Shown here piece after piece: positions 1-9,522 of a DNA stretch of 64,000 nt. Made by a program: the position numbers and the translations under genes. Below the pieces are notes generated by a model that was given only the letters and a program-made list of their open reading frames with translations, did no database searches and was not told the origin of the DNA. Numbering within the stretch: position 1 is the first letter of the stretch; every line of letters begins with the position of its first letter. Source of the DNA: Planctomycetota bacterium (GTDB lineage Bacteria > Planctomycetota > UBA1135 > UBA2386); the NCBI GenBank assembly GCA_016793265.1, contig JAEUHT010000041.1, forward strand, positions 1,865-65,864, given 5' to 3'.

Positions 1-1
1 C

Positions 2-652
2 CTCGCCTCGATGCCCAGCGGCGACATCATCGCCGGCGGTTCCTTCGTGACGGCCGGCGGACTGCCGGCGAACCGTCTGGCCCGTTGGAACGGCTCCGGT
101 TGGTCCGCCATCGGCGCGGGGCTCGGCTTCACGGCCTTCTGCATGGCGCGTACTGCCGACGACGAACTCGCGATCGGCGGCAGCTTCTTCACCGCGGGCG
201 GCACGCCTGCCGCCTACCTGACCCGCCTGGGTTCCGGCTGCGTGGCGAGCGCCACCGCCAGCGGCGCTGGCTGCAGTGGCAGCGGCGGGCCCAACGTGCT
301 GACGCCTACCTCGCTGCCGTGGATCGGCGCCACGTATCGCACCCGCGCTACCGGCATGCCTGCGGCCGGGCTCGGCCTCTGCATCTTCGGCCTCGGCACC
401 ACGACCGTGCCACTGGCGTCGATCCTGCAGCACGGCGTGCCGGGGTGCTCGTTGCTGGTGACGCCCGACCTGCTGGAGCTGCACGTGCCTGTCGCCGGCG
501 CACTGACGACGGCGCTGCCGATCCCGCCATCCCCGGCGCTGATCGCTCTGTCGCTGCACCACCAGATCGTCGCCGTCGAGGTCGACGCGCAAGGCGCCTT
601 CACGGCCTGGACCTCGACCAACCGGCTGACCATGACCTTCGGCTGGTTCTGA
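2..652 (+). CDS. Beta-propeller repeat protein with C-terminal two-Cys domain (5' truncated by window edge)
   Basis: Frame open from window start; repeats [30 protein letters not shown] and [13 protein letters not shown]; C-terminal ~135 aa GAGC..LPWIG..PGC..Q domain resembling that of 28579-29970. Confidence 0.8.
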   Translation, partial: LASMPSGDIIAGGSFVTAGGLPANRLARWNGSGWSAIGAGLGFTAFCMARTADDELAIGGSFFTAGGTPAAYLTRLGSGCVASATASGAGCSGSGGPNVLTPTSLPWIGATYRTRATGMPAAGLGLCIFGLGTTTVPLASILQHGVPGCSLLVTPDLLELHVPVAGALTTALPIPPSPALIALSLHHQIVAVEVDAQGAFTAWTSTNRLTMTFGWF

Positions 653-654
653 CG

Positions 655-827
655 CCGGCTGCGGAACCCGTTCACCGGCGGGCAAGCGCCGACACGCGGC
701 CAGCAACTCGGGCCCGCCGCCCGGTGGATCGCGCCGTCGACACCCCCAACGCCGAGTAGCGTCTCGCTCGCCGCATTGACGATGGCATCGACGTCGACCG
801 CGTGAGGTCGCCGCGCACGAGTCCCAT
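655..827 (-). pseudogene. Frameshifted, truncated macrodomain (YmdB-like O-acetyl-ADP-ribose deacetylase) remnant
   Basis: Across frames reads [10 protein letters not shown] / [29 protein letters not shown] / [11 protein letters not shown], matching the macrodomain N-terminal consensus [32 protein letters not shown]; frameshifts near 797 and 709. Confidence 0.8.
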
Positions 828-1014
828 GACCCCGAACATGCCCTCGGATCGGAACCGGCGGTAGGCCCAGCCGTCGCCGTTCCGCCTTGAGCCGGCGCCC
901 GATTTCGTCTCAGCCACTTGGCGCCGCTGCCATCGCGACCTCCCGGTCGCGACTGTCGTCGTCTGCAACACGTCTCGATCCGGGTGCTCGATAGCGCGCC
1001 ACGGAGGAGAGACC

Positions 1015-1989
1015 GTGGGGAACAACTCGACAGGGCGCGCACCTCGCCCGGCACCAGCACTGCCGCTCAGCTTCGTCTTCGCCTTCGTGGCGGCCTGCAG
1101 TCCGGACCAGGGTCCGGCGCCGAACCTGTCGGCGGCGTCGATCGCCGCCGCCTCCGCCCTGGCCGGCAACGCCCCGCAGCTCGCGGTCTGTGAGCTGCTG
1201 CCGAGCTCGCCGCTGCCAGCACCGACCGCGGAATCGCTGGTGCGCACCACGGAGCCGCCGCGCCGGCACGACGCGGTGGCGCTCGGCCGCAGCGCCGCGT
1301 CGTGGATCGACGACAGCTTTACGCAGACGCTCGCGGCCGAGGGCACGGCGCGCCACGACTTCGCCGCCAGCACCGACCGCGACGCGATCGAGCTGGTGAT
1401 GGTCGGTCGCGCCAACTTCGCCGTCATCGGCGGCCAGCTCTCCGACCGCGACCTGCGCGCCGGCCTGCGCGAGACCCGCGTCGGCGTCGAGCTCTACGGG
1501 CTCGCCGTGCCGGTCGACTCACCGGTGCGCTCGTTGTCGCGTTCGCAGCTGCGTGAAGTGCTGACGGGCCAGGTCACCTCGTGGCAGCAGCTCGGCTTCG
1601 ACGGCGGCGCCATCGTCTGCGTGGTGCCCGCCGACCGCAACCTCGCCGAACGTGCGGCGAAGGCGCTGATCCCGGGCGATGCGTTCGCGTCGACCAGCGT
1701 GCGGGTCGCCGACGACCTGCACGTCGCCGACCAGTTGCTGCAGCAGCCGAACGCGATCGCCGTCGTGCGCGTCACCAAGGGCCCGCGCGAGCCAGGGCAG
1801 AAGCTGCTGCAGATCGACTGGTGCCCGCCGACGCTCGAGGCGTTCGGCTACGGCACCTACCCGTTCGGCCTGCCGATGACGGTGGTCTGCGCCGGCCCGC
1901 TGAACCCCGCGGCCAGCGACTTCGTGCGCTTCGCGCGCTCCGAGAGCGGCCAGGAACTGCTCGGCCGCTCGCTGCTGCTCCTGCCCTGA
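1015..1989 (+). CDS. PstS-like periplasmic substrate-binding (PBP domain) lipoprotein
   Basis: GGAGGAG SD before GTG; lipobox-like FVAAC; motifs PVRSLSRSQLREVLTGQVTSWQQLG, GTYPFGLP and FVRFARSESGQELL typical of the phosphate-binding fold. Confidence 0.75.
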   Translation: MGNNSTGRAPRPAPALPLSFVFAFVAACSPDQGPAPNLSAASIAAASALAGNAPQLAVCELLPSSPLPAPTAESLVRTTEPPRRHDAVALGRSAASWIDDSFTQTLAAEGTARHDFAASTDRDAIELVMVGRANFAVIGGQLSDRDLRAGLRETRVGVELYGLAVPVDSPVRSLSRSQLREVLTGQVTSWQQLGFDGGAIVCVVPADRNLAERAAKALIPGDAFASTSVRVADDLHVADQLLQQPNAIAVVRVTKGPREPGQKLLQIDWCPPTLEAFGYGTYPFGLPMTVVCAGPLNPAASDFVRFARSESGQELLGRSLLLLP

Positions 1990-2028
1990 GGCGCGTCCCG
2001 GCGGCGCCGGGGCACGCCAGGCGTCTCA
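1987..2028. terminator. GC-rich inverted repeat between convergent genes, possible bidirectional terminator
   Basis: tgaggcgc..cccggc-ggc-gccggg..gcgtctca nested inverted repeat; no U-tract. Confidence 0.3.
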
Positions 2029-2790
2029 GAACTTGATGCCGGCGCCGAAGAACCAGCCCTGGATGTCCAGGTCGGCGTCGAAGTCGCGGCCGGTGGCGAC
2101 ACCGTAGGCGTCGAGCAGCACGTAGCGGTAACCACCGAGCACCTCGAACTTCTCACCGAGCTGCAGCTTGCCGTAGGCCTCGATGTCCCAGTAGCGGCCG
2201 CTGGCGTCGCGGATCTCACCGCCCATCAGCGAGGCGTTGACGCCGCCGGTGAAGCCGCCGTAGTAGAGCTCGGCCTCGACGAACGGCATCGGCATCAGGA
2301 TCTGCGTGTTGACCTGTTCGTAGCCAGCGGTCGAACGCGCCGCGACGTCGAGCGAGTAGAAGCCGAGCTGACCGCCGGCGGCGAGGCGGTAGCTGCGATC
2401 GCGCAGCAGCTCGTAGGAGTACTGCCCGTTGATGACGTACAGGTCCTCCTTCGTCGTCACCTGCGAGCCCGTCACGAGTCCGCCGAAGTCGCTCGCGAGC
2501 ACGCCGCTGCCTTCGGTCTGCATGGCGAAGCCGTTGAGGCGCACGCGGTGGCGCTCCTGGTCCCACTGCGCGCGGAGGAACGGTGACGGTTCGGTGTCGC
2601 CGAGGCCCATGGCGCCCTGCAGGTGGTTCTGGTGGTCCCCGAGACTGAGGGTGCCGCCGGCGTCCTGCAGCGCGACCTGGCCGCGCGTACGGACGAAGAT
2701 CGGACCGGCATCGACGCGCCAACCTTGGTTGACGCAGGCGGCGAACGGCATGGTGACGAGCAGGAGCAGCAGGGTCTGCGGCTTCATCAT
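2026..2790 (-). CDS. Outer-membrane beta-barrel protein, hypothetical
   Basis: Coding part of the 1221-aa track ORF; signal-like MMKPQTLLLLLVTMPFAAC, amphipathic strands, C-terminal GWFFGAGIKF beta-signal. Confidence 0.8.
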   Translation of the reverse strand: MMKPQTLLLLLVTMPFAACVNQGWRVDAGPIFVRTRGQVALQDAGGTLSLGDHQNHLQGAMGLGDTEPSPFLRAQWDQERHRVRLNGFAMQTEGSGVLASDFGGLVTGSQVTTKEDLYVINGQYSYELLRDRSYRLAAGGQLGFYSLDVAARSTAGYEQVNTQILMPMPFVEAELYYGGFTGGVNASLMGGEIRDASGRYWDIEAYGKLQLGEKFEVLGGYRYVLLDAYGVATGRDFDADLDIQGWFFGAGIKF

Positions 2791-2994
2791 GGCCGCAGTA
2801 TGGCCTGCCCCCTGGCCTGCGATGAAGGGCCTGCCGGAAAAGCCGGCCATGCGCTGCGCCGCCGCCGGCACACGATGGCGCGATGGCATCGGCGATCGGC
2901 GCTCACCGCGGCCGGCTCCGGGAATGGCGGACGTGCGCGCGCCAGCCGCTGCGGCGGGCAATATCCTCGGCCCGGCCCGTAGCCCGCGCCCCCC

Positions 2995-3753
2995 ATGCCC
3001 AGCCACCACTGCTCGCCTGCCGTCCTGTTCCTGCTGTTCGCCACCGCCTGCAACACACCGGCGTTCGTCGCCTGCAAGTCGGCCGAGCTGACCGTGCCGG
3101 CTGCGTCGCTGCGCCGCTTGCAGTGTGAGAGCCACAACGGCTTCATCAAGGTGATCGGCGAGGCGGGCCGCACCGAGGTCGCCGCCCGCGTCGAGATGTC
3201 GGTGCGCGGCTGCACGCAGGAGGAGGCCGACGCCAACCTCGCCCGGCTCGAGGTCGGCTGTGATGTCGCCGCCGAGTCGCTGCGGCTCTACGGTCGCCAC
3301 CCGGTCGAGCTGTTCGTCAACCGTTCGCCGAGCTTCGCCTTCACGCTGACGGTGCCGGAGCAGCTCACGGCGACCCTGACCTCGCACAACGGCGCGGTGA
3401 CGGTGAAGGGCCTGTGCGGCGACGTGAAGATCGAGACCCACAATGGCGGCATCGACGTCGACGCCGTGTGCGACCACATCGACATGACCTCGCACAACGG
3501 CGACATCGGCGTGCGGGTGACCGGCCGCGACCAGCTGGACGGCAGCATCGTGACGCACAACGGCGACGTCGACGTGCACTTCGGCGATGCCGTCAGCACC
3601 ACCGTGGCGGCCTCGACCCACAACGGTCGCATCCGCAACGACGCGGCGATGCGCGACGTGCGCAGCGAGCGCCGTTCGTTCGCTGGCACGGTCGGTAGCG
3701 GGGCCGGCCGCCTGCTGGTCGAGACCCACAACGGCGACATCGGGCTGCACTGA
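2995..3753 (+). CDS. DUF4097/adhesin-like beta-strand repeat lipoprotein
   Basis: Lipobox FATAC; seven (S/T)HNG-centred repeats. Confidence 0.8.
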   Translation: MPSHHCSPAVLFLLFATACNTPAFVACKSAELTVPAASLRRLQCESHNGFIKVIGEAGRTEVAARVEMSVRGCTQEEADANLARLEVGCDVAAESLRLYGRHPVELFVNRSPSFAFTLTVPEQLTATLTSHNGAVTVKGLCGDVKIETHNGGIDVDAVCDHIDMTSHNGDIGVRVTGRDQLDGSIVTHNGDVDVHFGDAVSTTVAASTHNGRIRNDAAMRDVRSERRSFAGTVGSGAGRLLVETHNGDIGLH

Positions 3754-3852
3754 GTCCTGGGCGGCGCCGAGGCGCCGCGGGCACATTTCGCCCGTTGCGG
3801 ACCAGGAACAGGGTCGGCAGCTGCGGCGGGCGAAGCTATCGTGCTCGCCCCG

Positions 3853-5484
<1,632 letters not shown>

Positions 5485-5497
5485 GCCGGCCCCGGCC

Positions 5498-6859
5498 TCA
5501 TTCGAGGCCGAAGCCGAGCCGGCGCAGCTCGTCGCGCAGTGTGCGCCGCGCCGCCAGGTAGCTGCTGTGCTCGCCCCACGACTCCGCCATGCGGTCGGCC
5601 CAGCCCTTCGTCTCACTGAGCGGCTTCTGGTTGTAGCCCCCACGTTCGGCGTTGCTGCGCCGCGCCCACGCCCGCATGCCCTCGTCGGCACCTTCGATCA
5701 CCGCGTCGACGAGCTCGCTGCGGTAATGGTCGAGGTGCAGCACGCCGTCGAGCGGCATGCGGCCGCGCGGGATCGGATCGTCGGCCGGCACACCGATCGT
5801 CATGCCGAACACCACGTAGCAGTGCGGCGGCAGCCCGAGCAGCCGGGCGAGCTCGCCCGGGTGGTTGCGCGCGGCGCCGATCATGCAGGCGCCGAGGCCT
5901 TCGGCTTCGGCGGCGAGCTGCAGGTTCTGGCCGAGCAACACGGCGTCGATCGTGGTCTGCAGGAACAGCTCGAAGCTGTCGGCCGCGAGCCGCTGGCCGT
6001 GGCGGGTACAGGCGGTGGCGAGCTTGTGCAGGTCGGCGCAGACCGCCGCGAACACCGGCGCCTCGACGATGTGGCGCTGGCCGCCACACAGGCGCGCGCA
6101 CTCGCCGCGCCGCGCGGGGTCGGTGACGGCGACCACGGCGTAGGCCTGGATGAAGCTCGACGTCGATGCGTGGCGGGCGGCGTCGACGAGCCGTTCGAGC
6201 TGCGCCGTCGGCACCGCATCGGGCCGGTACGAGCGGTGGCTGCGGTGGCGGAACATCTGCGCGACGGGGCTCCACGGCTGGCCGGCGAGCGCACAACGCG
6301 CCGCGCGCAGGTCTTCGGGCCGGTCGAGGTCGGCGTGCACCCACGGGTTGGCGGACGGCACCACGCGCGCTGCGCCGGCGGCGCGCACGAGGTCGCGCAG
6401 CACCGTGTTCGGAGCCGTGATGCCCGCGAAGATGCGCCGCCGCAGCGCGATCGGATGGCCGGGGCGGTCGCGGAACAGCGGCAGCGCCACCTGGGCGCCG
6501 CCGGCCAGCGCGTGCAGCAGCGCCGCCACGGTCTCGGCTTCGACCAGCGCGTGGTCGACCGGGAACACCACCACGGCGTCGGCTCCGGTCGCGCCGTCGA
6601 CCGGCAGCAGCGCCGCCGCCGCGCGCAGGCTGTCCGCCATCTCGCCGCCGGACGGCACGACGACGACGCGCGCGGGCAACCCGGCCGGCAGGGCCTCGGC
6701 GCCGTCGCGACGTACGACGATCACCTCGTCGACACCGCCGGCGCGGCAGCTGCGCACGACCCGTTCGATCGCCGTCAGCCCGCCCAGGTCGAGCAGCGCC
6801 TTGTCCGCGCCCATACGTTCGCCGCGGCCGGCGGCAGGCACGATGGCGACGGCGTACAC
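5498..6859 (-). CDS. MocA/YgfJ-like nucleotidyltransferase fused to NfsA/FRP-type nitroreductase
   Basis: N-terminal PAAGRGERMGADKALL, FPVDH, GHPI, DLDRPEDL; C-terminal HRSHRSY, ASTSSFIQAY, DAVLLGQNLQLAAEAEGLGACMIG. Confidence 0.85.
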   Translation of the reverse strand: MYAVAIVPAAGRGERMGADKALLDLGGLTAIERVVRSCRAGGVDEVIVVRRDGAEALPAGLPARVVVVPSGGEMADSLRAAAALLPVDGATGADAVVVFPVDHALVEAETVAALLHALAGGAQVALPLFRDRPGHPIALRRRIFAGITAPNTVLRDLVRAAGAARVVPSANPWVHADLDRPEDLRAARCALAGQPWSPVAQMFRHRSHRSYRPDAVPTAQLERLVDAARHASTSSFIQAYAVVAVTDPARRGECARLCGGQRHIVEAPVFAAVCADLHKLATACTRHGQRLAADSFELFLQTTIDAVLLGQNLQLAAEAEGLGACMIGAARNHPGELARLLGLPPHCYVVFGMTIGVPADDPIPRGRMPLDGVLHLDHYRSELVDAVIEGADEGMRAWARRSNAERGGYNQKPLSETKGWADRMAESWGEHSSYLAARRTLRDELRRLGFGLE

Positions 6860-6860
6860 G

Positions 6861-7427
6861 TCAACTCCCGCGGATCTCGCTGAGCGTCAGCAGGCACTCG
6901 ACGCGGTGCTGGCTGCGGAACGCCGCGGCGTCGGGGTCTTCACGATCGGCGATCGCCATCACCACGACCGGCACTGCACCGACCTCGCGCACGGCCTCGA
7001 TGGCCTTCAGCGCCGAGCCGCCGGTGGTCACGGTGTCTTCGAGGATGGCCACCTTCTCGCCCTTGTCGAGGTCGCCTTCGATCTTGCTGCCGGTGCCGTG
7101 GCCCTTGGCCTCCTTGCGCACCAGGAACGCCTTGAGGTTCTGGCCGGTCTCGAACGACAGCGCCGCCACCGCGCTGGCCAGCGGGTCGGCGCCGATGGTC
7201 AGGCCGCCGACGGCGGTGATCTCCGGGTGGCGCTTCAGCTTGTCGAGCAGCAGCTTGGCGATCAGCCACAGCCCCTCGGGATGCAGCGACACCTTCTTGC
7301 CGTTGATGTAGAAGGTCGAGCGCTTGCCCGACGCGAGCACGATGTCGAGGCCGTCGCGGTAGGCGCGCTCGCGCACGAGCTGCAGCAGACGGGCCTTGGC
7401 CTTCACGGGTTCGAACTGGGTGGTCAC
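6861..7427 (-). CDS. pyrE: Orotate phosphoribosyltransferase
   Basis: LASGKRSTFYINGK, GGLTIGADPL, VRKEAKGHG, PRPP motif ILEDTVTTGGS; GTG start inferred. Confidence 0.93.
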   Translation of the reverse strand: MTTQFEPVKAKARLLQLVRERAYRDGLDIVLASGKRSTFYINGKKVSLHPEGLWLIAKLLLDKLKRHPEITAVGGLTIGADPLASAVAALSFETGQNLKAFLVRKEAKGHGTGSKIEGDLDKGEKVAILEDTVTTGGSALKAIEAVREVGAVPVVVMAIADREDPDAAAFRSQHRVECLLTLSEIRGS

Positions 7428-7608
7428 GGCGACAGGGATAACGAACCGCGGCGCCGGTTTCCAAACCCCGCGCGCCGGCGCCGCCCCCGCAGCCACCATG
7501 GCACCGGCGGCAACGCGGCGGGAAAGAACGTACGCGTCGTCGATTCATCGGCGCCCCCTCGCTGGCTACACTTCGCCGCCGCCGGGCCACCCCGGCACCG
7601 AGCCAAAG

Positions 7609-8580
7609 GTGTCCGTCCCCCTTCCTGATGCGAGTTCGCGCCCGAGCCAGCCGGCCACTTCCGGGCCCGGCCCGCGCCCGGCGTCGCGAGCGCTGGTCGT
7701 GGTGAACGACTTCGCCGCGGCGGAGGCCCAGGTGCGCGGCGGCGTCGACAGCGCCGAGCTCGTCGTCACCAACGGCCAGGACCCGGCCGCGGCGCTGGCA
7801 GCGGCAGAGCGCGGCGTCGCCGACGGTCGCGGCCCGGTGCCGGTGCGCGCGCACACGCCACCTTGGCGCACGCTCGTGGTGGTGCCGACCTACAACGAGA
7901 AGGACAACGTCGAGCCGATCGTGCGGGCGATCCACGCCTACCTCGACTGCGATGTGCTGATCGTCGACGACGGGTCGCCGGACGGCACCGGCGCCATCGC
8001 CGATCGCCTGGCGGCGGCCGACCCGCGGGTGCACGTGCTGCACCGCCAGGGCAAGCAGGGCCTCGGCACCGCCTACCTCGCCGGCTTCCGCTTCGCGATG
8101 GAACGCGGCTACCAGCGCGTGTGCGAGATGGACGCCGACTTCAGCCACGCGCCGTGGGACCTGCCGCGGCTCGTGTTCGCCTCCGCTGAACACGAACTCG
8201 TGATCGGCAGCCGCTACGTCAAAGGCGGCTGCACCGTCGGCTGGGACTTCCGCCGCCGCATGCTGTCGCGCGGCGCCAACCTCTACGCGCGGCTCATGCT
8301 GTCGTCGGGCATCCGCGACAACACGGCCGGCTATCGCTGCTTCCACACCGCCGCCCTGCGCCAGCTCGACCTCAGCGCGGTCGGCGCCCAGGGCTACGCC
8401 TTCCAGATCGAGATGGCGTTCCGCATGGTGCGCGCCGGCTTCCGCGTGAAGGAGGTCCCGATCCACTTCGTCGACCGCCGCGTCGGCAAGTCGAAGATGG
8501 ACGGCAAGATCGCGCGCGAGGCACTGCTGCTGGTGCCGCGGCTGCGCGGTCGGGTGCCGAAGGGCCGCGCGAACGGCTGA
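7609..8580 (+). CDS. Polyprenol-monophosphomannose synthase-like GT2 (DPM1 family) with N-terminal extension
   Basis: VVPTYNE, VDDGSPDGT, KQGLGTAY, EMDADFSH, GSRY, FVDRRVGKSKM; start uncertain. Confidence 0.9.
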   Translation: MSVPLPDASSRPSQPATSGPGPRPASRALVVVNDFAAAEAQVRGGVDSAELVVTNGQDPAAALAAAERGVADGRGPVPVRAHTPPWRTLVVVPTYNEKDNVEPIVRAIHAYLDCDVLIVDDGSPDGTGAIADRLAAADPRVHVLHRQGKQGLGTAYLAGFRFAMERGYQRVCEMDADFSHAPWDLPRLVFASAEHELVIGSRYVKGGCTVGWDFRRRMLSRGANLYARLMLSSGIRDNTAGYRCFHTAALRQLDLSAVGAQGYAFQIEMAFRMVRAGFRVKEVPIHFVDRRVGKSKMDGKIAREALLLVPRLRGRVPKGRANG

Positions 8581-8730
8581 GCTGCTGGCCAACTCGACCT
8601 CGAGATCGGCACGGCAGCCCGCATCCGAGGATGAGGCCGCTTTCGCCGGTGCCCTACGTCGGCAACGGTACCCTACGCCGGATCGTGTGGATCTCCGACC
8701 GCACGCGGCACCGCGCGCTACAACTCCGTG

Positions 8731-9474
8731 ATGACGCGCCTCGACGTGCTCGGCTTCTGGTTCAGCCCCGATGCGCCCTCGGAGCTGCCGTTGCCGCAGC
8801 GCCTCGTGCGCGGCCTCGGCGCCGACGAACGCGCTGCGGTGCTCGCCTACCTGCGTGCGGGCACGGTGCTCGTCACCTTCCCGGACCCGTCGTTCTGTCG
8901 CTTCGCGTGCGGCGAGAGGGCGATGGGCACGCGTGACCTGACCGACGGACGCTGGGTGTGGCCCGAGGGGCTCGCCCACTACGTCGAACGGCACGACGTT
9001 CGCCTGCCGCCGACGTTCACGGCACACGCGGTGGAGGCGAACGGCGTGGTGGCGCCGTTCCGCGCGCCGAAGCCGCGTTTTGGCCTCTACGACCGCAGCG
9101 CTTGGCTCGCGTGGGGCCGCGCCGAACGTGCCTGCCTCGACCTCGCCGGCTTCGAACTGCCCGACCCCGAAGTGCGCGAACGCATCGCCGCCGACCTCGG
9201 CGCGCTGCCGTACGAGCACATCCTGCTGTGCAACGGGGCCACGCGTGAGGTCGTGCTCGACGTCGGCGGCGGTGCGCTCGAACTGCGCCAGGTGAAGCCC
9301 GGCGCCCCGCCGCCGCGGCGCTTCGCCGGTTGGCACGAGTGGCCGGTGTCAGGCGCTCGCGCATCGTCGCCATCCGTCGCGCACCCGCCGACCAAGCCTG
9401 GTCGCGGCGTGCCGATGGCCGAGTTCCTCGCAGCGCTGCGCAGCAAGCAGGAACGCGACGAGCCGAAGCCATGA
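8731..9474 (+). CDS. Hypothetical protein with Cys/His motif
   Basis: Coding-like ORF; YLRAG..SFCRFACG..DLTDGRWVWPEGLAHYVERHDVRLP block. Confidence 0.7.
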   Translation: MTRLDVLGFWFSPDAPSELPLPQRLVRGLGADERAAVLAYLRAGTVLVTFPDPSFCRFACGERAMGTRDLTDGRWVWPEGLAHYVERHDVRLPPTFTAHAVEANGVVAPFRAPKPRFGLYDRSAWLAWGRAERACLDLAGFELPDPEVRERIAADLGALPYEHILLCNGATREVVLDVGGGALELRQVKPGAPPPRRFAGWHEWPVSGARASSPSVAHPPTKPGRGVPMAEFLAALRSKQERDEPKP

Positions 9475-9522
9475 CGCCGCGTCGGCAGGCCAAGGGGCCG
9501 CGCGAACGGCTGATCTGCTGGC

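Noticed and set aside
8581-8727. 147-bp gap as a possible sRNA or gene remnant
   Set aside because: No convincing structure or protein motif found.
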